IMG/VR virus record: IMGVR_UViG_3300044724_011122
Coordinates: 1 to 42,573 of that record
Length of the DNA: 42,573 nucleotides
Source of the DNA: a virus
Lineage: Duplodnaviria > Caudoviricetes
Reading direction: 5' to 3' (one strand)
The notes beneath the pieces were generated by a model that was not told the origin of the DNA, ran no database searches, and worked only from the letters and a program-made list of their open reading frames with translations. The translations under genes were made by a program, and so were the position numbers. How positions within the stretch are numbered: the first letter of the stretch is position 1; each line of letters opens with the position of its first letter. Below are positions 1 to 9,072 of this stretch, piece by piece.

Positions 1-469
1 GTTCTTCTTTAAAAGATTTTGTTTTTTGTTTCCACAAAACTGATAACTTTTGCTTGAAAGCAGCAAACGATTCGTCTGTAGAATCAAGAGACTTGATGTC
101 ATCCACAATAACAGAACGATCTTCATCGTCAAGTTCAAATGCTTGATCCAGGTCTTCCATGCGGCTATGAAAGAGCTCTAATGCTTCTTTCGCTGCTACG
201 TGAGCTTTAAGTTCTTCCAATTCCTTGGAGGTGTTTTCTAATTGAGCCTTCACTTCTTCTGCAGATTGTTTGGCAGATTCAGCAGCAGAGTCCGACTCAG
301 CCTTCTTTTGAAGAAGGTCGTCTTTTTCGGATTCCCATTGCTTGTTCTTTTCAACAATAGCATCGTGGAAGATCTTGGTCATGTTGGCAACAGCTTCTTC
401 AGATAGCTTTTTAGAAGAAGCGGTCGACTCGATGACGCCTTGTAACTTGTCAAGAATTTCGTTTTCCAT
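1..469 (-). CDS. Probable nested scaffold protein from an internal in-frame start (MENEILDKLQGV...), partial
   Basis: In-frame ATG at 469 follows an AT-rich linker carrying an ATGTAA variant of the phage promoter element (502-507). The downstream sequence is coiled-coil-like. Analogous to lambda C/Nu3. Confidence 0.5.
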   Translation of the reverse strand, partial: MENEILDKLQGVIESTASSKKLSEEAVANMTKIFHDAIVEKNKQWESEKDDLLQKKAESDSAAESAKQSAEEVKAQLENTSKELEELKAHVAAKEALELFHSRMEDLDQAFELDDEDRSVIVDDIKSLDSTDESFAAFKQKLSVLWKQKTKSFKEE

Positions 470-1345
470 AATTTGTTTTGGGTTGTGAATATTGTAATAT
501 TTTACATCGTGTTTTTCAATTTGGGAAATTTTTTTGTGTTTTTTATTATCCTTTATTGAAATTTTTTCAAATTCGTAGCTCTCGCTTTTCTCTTCAGAGC
601 CATCAGGTTCTTTGGTTTCATCAGTAATTAAGCCTTTTACGGCTGCCGCTGGGTTTGTTGTAAAGCCGATTCCAAGTGGATAAATATCTCCCTTGATTAA
701 TCTGTGAACTTCTTCTCCGTCTTTACTGCGACCGCTACCACCGTAACATTTGAGGCAAGATTTTAATTCTTCTTTTTCCTCCTCAGAAGTTATGATTCTA
801 GCTTCACTTAAATTTTTACTACCCACGGCGATATCATATTCATTGAATCCGATCTCCCAGCTAGCAGAAACCTTTTGGTAGAATTCGCTGTCTTTATCTG
901 CAGACTTTTCAACGAGATCTGCGAATTCGGAATTAACAGATCTATACACCACGGCAGAAAGGGCGATATTGAAAGGTCCAGTTTCCCCGATGGCAGAGCT
1001 GACTTCCATAACCGAGCTGTCCTCAAAAGAAGAAAGAGATGCCCCAACAATATGACCGACGACTTTTTGTCGTTGATGCTCAATGTTTGTGGGCTTATGA
1101 ATAAAGTAATCTTTTATAGCTACAGCAGTTACTGCATCTATTCCATCTCCGTTCTTATTAAACATGTTTGCTACGGCAGCATTAAATGCAACGCCTATAA
1201 GATCAATGTTTTTCTCAAAGTCTATATCTTTAGGTAATAAAGAGGATAACTCATCTAGGGATGCCTTGGATACGAATTTGTCCTCTACTGGGAATACTTT
1301 AAAAGCATTCGCGAATGAAGCTGTATATTTAAATGGTAATGACAT
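1..1345 (-). CDS. Prohead (capsid maturation) protease fused to a coiled-coil scaffold; 3' end runs off the window; missing from the ORF track
   Basis: Hand translation from ATG at 1345 (MSLPFKYTASF...) is open to position 1. It contains HKPTNIEH..VVGHI, VSASWEIGF and GIGFTTNPAAAV, resembling the His, Ser and 'PA' motifs of HK97/herpes-like prohead proteases, followed by an E/K/A-rich helical region. It lies directly downstream of the portal. Confidence 0.8.
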   Translation of the reverse strand, partial: MSLPFKYTASFANAFKVFPVEDKFVSKASLDELSSLLPKDIDFEKNIDLIGVAFNAAVANMFNKNGDGIDAVTAVAIKDYFIHKPTNIEHQRQKVVGHIVGASLSSFEDSSVMEVSSAIGETGPFNIALSAVVYRSVNSEFADLVEKSADKDSEFYQKVSASWEIGFNEYDIAVGSKNLSEARIITSEEEKEELKSCLKCYGGSGRSKDGEEVHRLIKGDIYPLGIGFTTNPAAAVKGLITDETKEPDGSEEKSESYEFEKISIKDNKKHKKISQIEKHDVKYYNIHNPKQIMENEILDKLQGVIESTASSKKLSEEAVANMTKIFHDAIVEKNKQWESEKDDLLQKKAESDSAAESAKQSAEEVKAQLENTSKELEELKAHVAAKEALELFHSRMEDLDQAFELDDEDRSVIVDDIKSLDSTDESFAAFKQKLSVLWKQKTKSFKEE

Positions 1346-1362
1346 TTCTAATTATGTTACAC
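1346..1362 (-). promoter_or_regulatory. Putative phage late promoter element (GTGTAA) upstream of the protease
   Basis: Minus strand reads GTGTAACATAATTAGAA-ATG; the same element recurs before six other genes at similar spacing. Confidence 0.7.
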
Positions 1363-1372
1363 ACAAAAATAT

Positions 1373-3427
1373 TTATTTACTTATATTTTTACTGTGATAC
1401 AGGATTGCTGCTGGATAAGACACTATTTCGTGCTGTAATGATATGTCTGAAATTTCGGGCATCACGCCTAATTGTTCGATCTTTTCGAAGTCAGATATGC
1501 AATCTTCTATCGTTTCTTTCCATTTTTCTTTTCCAGTGGAAACGACTACGGACTCAATAAGATTACCAAGCATTTCTTTATGTACTTTGCTTAATCTTTT
1601 TTTATTGAATTGTTTTTTAAGTATATTGGCTGCCTCGACTTCAAGCTTTTCTATCGCATACACGGCTTCTTGTATATCTTTTCGACTGTACTGACCGCTA
1701 GCAATCAATTTGTCTGTTTTTGTGTTTGTGCCGGCAGGCCTTCCGTTTTCTCCAGAAGGCTTTGGGTTTTGCGGAGGTGAGGTCGTTTCCTGGTTATCCA
1801 TTTCCATGTCATGTTTTTCTTTTAACATTTCTTGGTCTTCTTCCCGTAGTATAGGTTGTGCCGCAGAAAGCGGAGTATAATATCCTTTTTCCCTGTCTTG
1901 CAACAGTCTCTCTTGTGAACTCCGCAGGTCTTCTGGATTTGGATAAACCCCCTGCTTGATTGCTGTCATGCCTTGCTCTGGGGTGATTATACCCATTTCA
2001 ATCAGCCTTGAAGCCACTCTTTGCAGTTGGACTTCATCCTTAATGTCGATCTCAATAAATTTCGCGGTTGGGAAGTTTTTTAGCCCAACAGACTTGCAAA
2101 CTTCTTTGATCTGTGGTTGTAAAAAATCGTTAATAAAAGCATGCCTAGCCTCTTTTAATCTTTCTAGAAATATTTGAGCCTTAACTTGCGTGCTTGAATA
2201 GTTTTCTTTACCAACGACAATGTTTTGTAAGCCCTCTCTAATATCTTCGTTTACTATTTGATACTTCTCTGGCCCTAAAACTTTGTTTAGGTCTGGTATG
2301 ATAAAATCGGCTTTTGTTGTGTAGTCAGCTATTAATGCCCTACCAACACTTTCATTAAGGAATAGATCCTGCATAGCTTTTAAATTATTAGGGTTGACAC
2401 CTCCTTTGTCCGGAGTATTACCCATAGTAATGAGGAGAATGACATTTTCAACAGTCCTGCTGATTGCTTGGTCTACTCTCTTTAATTCCATTTTCCAATT
2501 AATATCATCAAGAACAGGGTAACCAAATGGAATCGCGAACGGTTCATAGTCTTGTTTTTTATAAAAAGAATAAATTAATTTATTCGGATCAAGATCAATT
2601 AAGACACCGTCTCTATTGAATGATTTATCCCGAACTTGCTGTTTAGCACTAGGAGGCAAGGCATCAAACACTTCTCTGTCGTAATCTGTTTTAGGGTTAG
2701 CTAATCGCTCTAAATCATATTCGCTTAAAAGCTTTTTATAGATTCCCTCCTTTTGGTCAAATGTAATACTGCGGTCAGCAACAAAATCGTATGGATTAAG
2801 GAACACATACCTCATAGGCACTTTGACAGTCCTAGCCTTGGACTCTTGTGCATATATTTTATTCAATTTTAGTATATCGCTATTTTTAAAAGTTCCATCA
2901 AGTTTATACATGAATATGTTGCCCGAGCGATAATATTCACGAAAATACTGATCTTTAATTTTCCAGCTTTGAATTTTAGCTAACCATTTTTCAATAAAGT
3001 TTCTGGACTTTTCTGAGCCACCTTCTAAGTGGATATCTGAATTAGAAAATTCAGCCATAACATCTATAGCATTTCTAAAAATAGGAACACATGCATAAGC
3101 TTTTTGACATAAAAGTATCGAGTCTCTTGCAGATATAGATGAGCCTTTATCGTAATGATAAGGCAGTGAGCAATTATTAATATGATTGTATTTTTCGCAA
3201 GCTGGTGTCTTAGCTACTTTAGCACTCCTGCCTCTGGACATTTCCCCCCTACCAGGCTGACCCACATTCCTGCTATAATTAGCTTCGCTGTAAAAATTAG
3301 ATCCAGCAGACATAGGAGCTGTATCTGCTGGGACTTCACTAGCTGACTTTGCTAAATCTTCTAGACTTTTGTCTTGACTTTTAAACTTACTCCAATACTC
3401 TGATTTCTTTGTATACTTCCTAGCCAT
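1373..3427 (-). CDS. Portal protein (684 aa)
   Basis: Sits between TerL and the prohead protease. Portal-like segments IFRNAIDVMAEF, FREYYRSGNIF and a late GRP motif (ENGRPAGT), plus a C-terminal extension of about 110 aa. Confidence 0.8.
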   Translation of the reverse strand: MARKYTKKSEYWSKFKSQDKSLEDLAKSASEVPADTAPMSAGSNFYSEANYSRNVGQPGRGEMSRGRSAKVAKTPACEKYNHINNCSLPYHYDKGSSISARDSILLCQKAYACVPIFRNAIDVMAEFSNSDIHLEGGSEKSRNFIEKWLAKIQSWKIKDQYFREYYRSGNIFMYKLDGTFKNSDILKLNKIYAQESKARTVKVPMRYVFLNPYDFVADRSITFDQKEGIYKKLLSEYDLERLANPKTDYDREVFDALPPSAKQQVRDKSFNRDGVLIDLDPNKLIYSFYKKQDYEPFAIPFGYPVLDDINWKMELKRVDQAISRTVENVILLITMGNTPDKGGVNPNNLKAMQDLFLNESVGRALIADYTTKADFIIPDLNKVLGPEKYQIVNEDIREGLQNIVVGKENYSSTQVKAQIFLERLKEARHAFINDFLQPQIKEVCKSVGLKNFPTAKFIEIDIKDEVQLQRVASRLIEMGIITPEQGMTAIKQGVYPNPEDLRSSQERLLQDREKGYYTPLSAAQPILREEDQEMLKEKHDMEMDNQETTSPPQNPKPSGENGRPAGTNTKTDKLIASGQYSRKDIQEAVYAIEKLEVEAANILKKQFNKKRLSKVHKEMLGNLIESVVVSTGKEKWKETIEDCISDFEKIEQLGVMPEISDISLQHEIVSYPAAILYHSKNISK

Positions 3428-3441
3428 AACTTATAATACAC
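3428..3441 (-). promoter_or_regulatory. Putative phage late promoter element (GTGTA) upstream of the portal
   Basis: Minus strand reads GTGTATTATAAGTT-ATG. Confidence 0.7.
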
Positions 3442-3445
3442 TTAA

Positions 3446-3475
3446 AAAGTCAAAGTTAAAGTAAAAGTTAAATTG
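3446..3475. repeat. 6-bp-period tandem repeat (AAAGTN)x4 plus one degenerate copy in the terL-portal spacer
   Basis: Plus strand reads aaagtc aaagtt aaagta aaagtt aaattg. Confidence 0.75.
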
Positions 3476-3479
3476 CAAC

Positions 3480-5354
3480 TTATATAAACCTAGGAATGAA
3501 GGTAGTATCCACCGCCTCAGCTTCGACATTCATGAAATCATAATATGTCTTAATCATCCAATTACCCAGTACTAATGCTGAATACGAGTCCTTCCTTGCT
3601 TTACCTGGACCCGTCTGCCTTCGCAAGTTAGAGGGAAGCCCAAAGGTTTGTGTGCCCTGTGGGGTAGAAGTTACCTGTATTAAGGCACATTGATTCTTTG
3701 TATAATTAATCATGTCGTATTGATGGTCCACGAAATCAATCATTTTTGCGACTCCTTTAGATGATAGAACTTCTTTCTGGTTTGGCATAAATAGTAGGTC
3801 GTCAATTGGTATTTTTTGATTAATCTGCTTATGATAATCCTTATCCAGTGCGCGTGCGGCAAACCATATTTTTTTATGATCAAAGTTGGCCTGCAATAAC
3901 TCATTAGATTTTCTTATCCAGTCTGATGTTGGTTTCCTTAGAATACATATTTTCTTGTCTTTTAAGTTATATTGGCTTTTGGCTTCTCTAAGTTTTTCTT
4001 GGTACTTTTCAGTATCATCCAGGTCAACCATAATTTCTCCTAGCTTTATATTAGCTTCATTGAATTGCTGACTAGCATTAGCTGCTTGAAGGAATTGAAC
4101 CCCGCCTCCGTAGTCGCCCACTAATGCCACTACATTAAAGCTTGTTAATAAGTAATGCATGTAATTTATGTGATCATTCATTTTAAGGCCAGGGACCGCA
4201 TAACTGTGGACAAGTGTGCCAGTTCTTGTGTTGTCGTTTAATTTGAATAATTGTATTGCGAAATCATCTGAACTCTCACTCTCAGCCCAACTAGGGTCGA
4301 ATGCGACAAGATATTTGCTGTCTCGATCTCCTGATACTTCAACAGTGGGCGACTGGCCATCCTCTATTGTGCAGGACTTCATAGTGGATGTCTTAAAAAA
4401 CCCAGAACTATCATCCGTAAATATCGCATTAAATTCTCGATCGAACTGGGATTGGCTCATTGTTTGCCTTGATTGATTAATCAAGTTTTGGTCATAAAGT
4501 GCCTTGGGTGCTACATCATAACTAAAGTGCATAATCACCCTATTAGCTTTATCCTTATGAATATCATCAGAGCCATATAGTATTAAGTTTTCAAAAGTTT
4601 CATAAACCTTATAAAGATATTCAAATTTATAACTAGCAGAGGATAATGCAATTAACTTATTGTTAGGCCAAATTTTTCTTTCCTCCTCTTGCATTTTACC
4701 AGAAGCAATTAACTGATCCTCCATCTTTGTAAATTTTTCTCTTTCTGTAGGGTTCTGGACAACACTTAAGAATGGAAGTATAACTTCGTTGTAAACATGC
4801 TCTGGCATCAACAAAAACTCATCAATAATAATTCGGTGAAACCTAAAACCACGAAGCTTAGATCCGTCACCCAAAGGCAGAGCAATAATTTTAGACTCAC
4901 CTATCTCAAGGGTCCACTGGTCATTCTTTTTAGATTTCTTGGTAATGCATTGGCCCAGAAAAGCTGCTTCCGGTTTCTTTGCTATATCTTCTATCTTTTC
5001 AAAGATCATTTTAGATTGACGAAAAGTAGCTGCAAGTATACCTATTTGAATACCTTGATTAAAGATTGCATCAAGAAAAGCATATATCGCTGTACTAAAA
5101 GATTTCGACATACCACGACTCCATATCCCCAAGAAGTAATCAGCCTCAAGCATAGACTTGATCGCGAGATGTTGGAAGGGAAACAAGTCAACCCCAGCTA
5201 TCAAGTTAGTAGTGAATGTAACGTTAGACCTTAAAAATTTATACAAATAGTATTTTGCCTCTTCCTCATCAAGATACCCCTTGATTTCAAGCAACTCTTC
5301 GTTCGTCTTATCGAAATCCAATGAGTATTTTTGTATTCCTTGCTCCCAGCTCAT
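3480..5354 (-). CDS. terL: Terminase large subunit (624 aa)
   Basis: Q-motif LFPFQ, Walker A-like WSRGMSKS, LRGFRFHRIIIDE (Walker B), coupling motif ALSSA, QFDREFNAIF, RNase H-like nuclease start VAFDPS and terminal KDSYSAL. Confidence 0.92.
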   Translation of the reverse strand: MSWEQGIQKYSLDFDKTNEELLEIKGYLDEEEAKYYLYKFLRSNVTFTTNLIAGVDLFPFQHLAIKSMLEADYFLGIWSRGMSKSFSTAIYAFLDAIFNQGIQIGILAATFRQSKMIFEKIEDIAKKPEAAFLGQCITKKSKKNDQWTLEIGESKIIALPLGDGSKLRGFRFHRIIIDEFLLMPEHVYNEVILPFLSVVQNPTEREKFTKMEDQLIASGKMQEEERKIWPNNKLIALSSASYKFEYLYKVYETFENLILYGSDDIHKDKANRVIMHFSYDVAPKALYDQNLINQSRQTMSQSQFDREFNAIFTDDSSGFFKTSTMKSCTIEDGQSPTVEVSGDRDSKYLVAFDPSWAESESSDDFAIQLFKLNDNTRTGTLVHSYAVPGLKMNDHINYMHYLLTSFNVVALVGDYGGGVQFLQAANASQQFNEANIKLGEIMVDLDDTEKYQEKLREAKSQYNLKDKKICILRKPTSDWIRKSNELLQANFDHKKIWFAARALDKDYHKQINQKIPIDDLLFMPNQKEVLSSKGVAKMIDFVDHQYDMINYTKNQCALIQVTSTPQGTQTFGLPSNLRRQTGPGKARKDSYSALVLGNWMIKTYYDFMNVEAEAVDTTFIPRFI

Positions 5355-6271
5355 CGTTTATCTAGAAAATATTGCATGTCTGTCTCCCAGTTTTTTTTAC
5401 CATAAAGCAGTATTTTTGGTATCAGGAACTCAGACATGGCCCTGCTGCCTGAAAATAAAAACTGACAATTATCTTTGTATTCATGGCTCAACACTCTCGT
5501 GTTGTGCCATATGTAGGAGAGATTTGCTTGGTGGGGCCCGAAGTTATTGTTTTCAATTATTTTCTCAATAGAGCTTTCGACCACAACAAAAATAAATGAA
5601 GAGAATTTTTTTGCTCTTTCTATCTCCCTTTTGAATCTTTCAAATCCTGTTGACAGGGTAGACTTAAAGTCTGATTCGCTTTTTCTATCAACATATGTAT
5701 AGTCGTAGTGAGGTGCACCGATGGCATAATCCCCGAAATCTAGTTTCATCTTCATGCTGCGGTCAAAGGATAGCGGCTGCTGCTCTCTAGTGTCAACTAA
5801 TATTTTAAGCTTATCTAATTCGGGATTTTTCTGAAAAAAGTTTGCCATTATATTTTTGGGCAATAATGGCATTATTTTTAATATATTACATGCTTCGCTA
5901 TATGAACCAAAGAATTCTTTATACAAGTCAACACTTGGTAAATCAAATAATTGTATCTCTATATGGCTAGGTGCATATTGAAGTTTCTTTTGTTCTACAC
6001 GCCATCGTAAGCGTTTAAGCAAATAAGATCGAACTTCTTCTTTATCTGCATATCTAGACCAAGCAAATAAATTATCACTATTTAAAAAGTCAACACTTAA
6101 ATATTCTTCTTTATTAGTAAAAGGAAGTAATTCACCTGTATGTAAATCTTTCTTTTGGTGAAAATTAACATAATACTCCCCTAAAGGAATTTCATGTATT
6201 TTTGATATATGCATATGTAGGCCCTTATCGTTTTTGAACGACTTATCGCAAACCTTGCATTTCGAAGCCAT
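5351..6271 (-). CDS. C2H2 zinc finger plus ERCC4/XPF-like structure-specific nuclease (306 aa)
   Basis: N-terminal CKVC..F.....L..HISKIH. C-terminal ILVDTREQ, LDFGDY and VDRKSESDF (ERKxxxD variant), FVVVES. Overlaps the terL start by 4 bp. Confidence 0.85.
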   Translation of the reverse strand: MASKCKVCDKSFKNDKGLHMHISKIHEIPLGEYYVNFHQKKDLHTGELLPFTNKEEYLSVDFLNSDNLFAWSRYADKEEVRSYLLKRLRWRVEQKKLQYAPSHIEIQLFDLPSVDLYKEFFGSYSEACNILKIMPLLPKNIMANFFQKNPELDKLKILVDTREQQPLSFDRSMKMKLDFGDYAIGAPHYDYTYVDRKSESDFKSTLSTGFERFKREIERAKKFSSFIFVVVESSIEKIIENNNFGPHQANLSYIWHNTRVLSHEYKDNCQFLFSGSRAMSEFLIPKILLYGKKNWETDMQYFLDKR

Positions 6272-6285
6272 TAAACAAATAATAA

Positions 6286-6678
6286 TTAACTCATATAAGG
6301 CCTTACGATTCCTTCGGATAACATCAAGTCGTTAATGCATGTCCTTGTATCATGTAGCTCAGATGAGTCCAATTTGTCAAAATATAACTCGCCCAAAACA
6401 CGGCCATATTTACCGCTCCCAACTGAGTGAAGGTATATATCGTTGGTCTTGCAAATTTTTGCCAAATAGGATTTGGCTTTTAGCCCCAAATTTTTCTCAT
6501 GTATTCTATCTTCTAGATTTTTTATTTTCTTTTGTAATCTAGTCTCTGGTGCATTTATTCTATGTAGTCTTATTCTTTGTCTAGTAGATACTTTAAACCC
6601 TAAATCTATATCAGCATCTATTGTATCTCCATCTACTACTCTTATATTTTGTAGCTTGTAATAATATAAATCACTCAT
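6286..6678 (-). CDS. Thermonuclease (SNase-like) family nuclease (130 aa)
   Basis: RVVDGDTI, RIRLHRINAPET, GKYGRVLG and INDLMLSEG match staphylococcal-nuclease family motifs. Confidence 0.9.
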   Translation of the reverse strand: MSDLYYYKLQNIRVVDGDTIDADIDLGFKVSTRQRIRLHRINAPETRLQKKIKNLEDRIHEKNLGLKAKSYLAKICKTNDIYLHSVGSGKYGRVLGELYFDKLDSSELHDTRTCINDLMLSEGIVRPYMS

Positions 6679-6929
6679 TAAAATTTAATGGTAGTGTTTT
6701 CGTCTATATCTTTATTGTCTGGCTCTTTTATTTTTTTGACAGTGAGATGTACATTTTCGGCTCCACCAACATCTTCCTCGATGATATTTTTGGGGCTGAT
6801 TACAGCTCTCAAGGTTTCAATAATGATCTTGTCTTTTTTGTCTATAGGCTTAAAGCTAGCCTCGTTTTTAAATATCTCTTGTATTTCAGAGTATTCTTCG
6901 TCGCCGATTAGTAATTGTATATGTTTCAT
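6678..6929 (-). CDS. Hypothetical protein (83 aa)
   Basis: Tightly packed in the operon (1-bp overlap with the nuclease); no motif recognised. Confidence 0.7.
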   Translation of the reverse strand: MKHIQLLIGDEEYSEIQEIFKNEASFKPIDKKDKIIIETLRAVISPKNIIEEDVGGAENVHLTVKKIKEPDNKDIDENTTIKF

Positions 6930-6932
6930 AAT

Positions 6933-7982
6933 TTATATTGCATCCTTTTTTGAGATTCCTAGTATTCTTGCTTTCCAGCTATCCATATTATCAAGTCTTT
7001 CTACCTCTTCTTCAACTAAAATTTTCTGCATTTCAGCCAGTTTGATCATTTGTTGTCTTTCTTCCTCAATTTGAAAGTTTCGAACTAATGAGAGTATGCT
7101 GGCATTTTCTTTTGTTCTATTCTTAAGTCTTTCAGCTCTATCTCCATTCAGTTTCTTAATTAAAGACTCCATCCTTTTTTCGCACTTATCATACTCATCT
7201 GTCTTGGATTTTAGTACCTCTGCTAGCCTTACGGTCATGTCTTGCTGATCCTCCACCTCATTGAACATCGTATTGAGTTTTTCAATGTGCGATGAAATAT
7301 TTTTTAAATTTATGTAATCGACACAAACATTAATGTATAAATTAATTTCATCACTTGTTAGGTCGGGCTTGTCCCATGTCGCTCTTACAAATTCAGCTTC
7401 GAATAAATTTCTATCTTTTATACTACTGTAATTTCCTATAACCTGCACAAGCCTAGGCGCCGAGAGACTTTTAATTAATGATTTGACGCATTCCATATCG
7501 TCATGAGAAAGCTTCTCTTTTGTTAAATTTTCATGACAGTATTCGTTGATTTTCTCCAAACCTACAGCCGTAGTCTTTGGCGGTTTATACTCGTGATTAA
7601 TTGCAGTCTCGCTTTCATGTACAAAATTAGGCTCATACTCCCTAAGGAAATTAAGCACACACAAGTGTTGCTTGGAGAATCTTTTTACCGAAACATCAGG
7701 AAACAGTATCTCAGATATCTGAAACGCGCTTAAACCGTTTTCCGCTTGAGCTTTTATAAAGTCCACCTGAGCTTCAGTTAAGTCGATGTCTTCTATTTTC
7801 TCCCAGGCGCTAGTCTGATATTCGAGGTCCTGACTTGCGAGGAAGGCTCTGACAGCCCTGCCTTCTTTAGTGCGCCCATCTAAATCAGGATCACCAAATA
7901 GTCTTCTGGTTAGATCTATTAGACTGGGGTTTTCCTTGAAATTGTCAAGTAGAAATTTTTTTTGTTCTTCGGTTAACTCCAT
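6933..7982 (-). CDS. Tandem HTH-like plus coiled-coil protein, candidate terminase small subunit (about 349 aa)
   Basis: Two related N-terminal repeats (LTEEQKKF... and LTEAQVDF...) and a long C-terminal coiled coil, in the operon upstream of terL. Start moved to the ATG at 7982, 1 nt after the sigma stop. Function is inferred from position and architecture only. Confidence 0.5.
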   Translation of the reverse strand: MELTEEQKKFLLDNFKENPSLIDLTRRLFGDPDLDGRTKEGRAVRAFLASQDLEYQTSAWEKIEDIDLTEAQVDFIKAQAENGLSAFQISEILFPDVSVKRFSKQHLCVLNFLREYEPNFVHESETAINHEYKPPKTTAVGLEKINEYCHENLTKEKLSHDDMECVKSLIKSLSAPRLVQVIGNYSSIKDRNLFEAEFVRATWDKPDLTSDEINLYINVCVDYINLKNISSHIEKLNTMFNEVEDQQDMTVRLAEVLKSKTDEYDKCEKRMESLIKKLNGDRAERLKNRTKENASILSLVRNFQIEEERQQMIKLAEMQKILVEEEVERLDNMDSWKARILGISKKDAI

Positions 7983-7983
7983 A

Positions 7984-8703
7984 CTATTCTCCAAGAAATG
8001 TAATTCCTTTATTCTTTAATAATGTTGCAGCTTTTTGCTTGAATAAATTTTTTAAATTTTTAATTTGCTTATATCCAGCCTTCCTGCCAGACTCATTACT
8101 TTTAAAACCCATTTCTTTTGCGACATCTTCTTCGGACATATTTTTAATATATAATAATTCAAAAGCCTGCCATTGCCTAGAGTTTAAATTAGACTTTAAT
8201 TCTGTAAACATCTTTATTATGGATTGGTCTAAGTTGTAACTATTAACAGCATCATGCTGCTCAATTTCATGAGTATGATTCTCCATAGACAAAGTGATCT
8301 TTACATTGTAGGCCTGTTTCTTGCTTGATTCCCACTTCTTATACAAAGGGCATGAGCCATCCTGGGTGCCGCTTTTAGTAAACATGCATTCATTATCATG
8401 AGAGTTCCTCGAGAAGGGGCAATTTAAGCAAGGCCTTGCATAATTACTATAATTATTTCTTAATATATTCTTAAACTGATTGCTTATGATTTTATTTAAC
8501 CATGGTTTAATTGGTCTTTCCTGATCCCATTGTTCCCATTTTTTGTAAATATGTGCTCTGATTATTTGGCAGACATCATCAAAGTCTATCCATGCCACAG
8601 AAGTCAGGAACCAGTTATTCTTCCTCTTATATAGTTCTTTGTCTATAATTTCGGAAAAATCTTCATATGTGTATTTGGGGTTACTCTCTTTCTTTTTGCT
8701 CAT
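7984..8703 (-). CDS. Phage-encoded sigma70/ECF-like RNA polymerase sigma factor with a Cys4 insert (239 aa)
   Basis: Region-2-like DFDDVCQ...KPWLNKIISNQFKNILR. Region-4-like LNSRQWQAFELLYIKNMSEEDVAKEMG. CLNC-x10-C-x11-C lies between them. Confidence 0.8.
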   Translation of the reverse strand: MSKKKESNPKYTYEDFSEIIDKELYKRKNNWFLTSVAWIDFDDVCQIIRAHIYKKWEQWDQERPIKPWLNKIISNQFKNILRNNYSNYARPCLNCPFSRNSHDNECMFTKSGTQDGSCPLYKKWESSKKQAYNVKITLSMENHTHEIEQHDAVNSYNLDQSIIKMFTELKSNLNSRQWQAFELLYIKNMSEEDVAKEMGFKSNESGRKAGYKQIKNLKNLFKQKAATLLKNKGITFLGE

Positions 8704-9037
8704 GAATTATATCTTTGAAACTTTTAACATTGTCTCTAGGTATATCAATTTCATATTGCAATTTAGAAATGTTGGGCACATAATCTATATCGGTTTCATC
8801 ATCAGCAAGATGAACTGCAGGCTTTCTCTTTGATAGCGGTGTTTTTTTAGGCAAGGGGGTATACCTCGGACTTTCTGACTGTTTGACGCTAGGAGCTTTT
8901 TGAACCGGGGTCTCGACGGAAGCAGAGGTAACCTTTAATCCGAGTCCTGTAGATTCACCGCAAGCAGTGCAGAAGTTTGGTGCATTAACAGAGTATAGTA
9001 TTTTTGAGCCGCAGCTGGTACAATAAATTGATCTCAT
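8681..9037 (-). CDS. Zinc-ribbon protein (118 aa)
   Basis: YCTSCG...FCTACG double CxxC, a P/K/S-rich linker and an acidic C-terminal motif; overlaps the sigma gene start. Confidence 0.8.
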   Translation of the reverse strand: MRSIYCTSCGSKILYSVNAPNFCTACGESTGLGLKVTSASVETPVQKAPSVKQSESPRYTPLPKKTPLSKRKPAVHLADDETDIDYVPNISKLQYEIDIPRDNVKSFKDIIHEQKERE

Positions 9038-9043
9038 TTCTTC

Positions 9044-9072
9044 ATTATAAAAAAATAATATTAAAAATTCAA
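9044..9072 (-). promoter_or_regulatory. Host sigma70-type promoter, probably leaderless
   Basis: Minus strand: TTGAAT (9072-9067), 17 bp spacer, TATAAT (9049-9044), 6 nt, ATG (9037). Confidence 0.7.

Noticed and set aside
808-1694. Short ORF-track calls over the protease and portal genes (808-1083, 875-1237, 1164-1397, 1333-1560, 1443-1694)
   Set aside because: They are shadow or alternative-frame ORFs; the real gene is the minus-strand frame from 1345 to the window edge.
1250-3300. S-[KE]-A tripeptides in protease, portal and the right-edge protein as prohead protease cleavage sites
   Set aside because: The motif is too short to distinguish from chance without proteomics.
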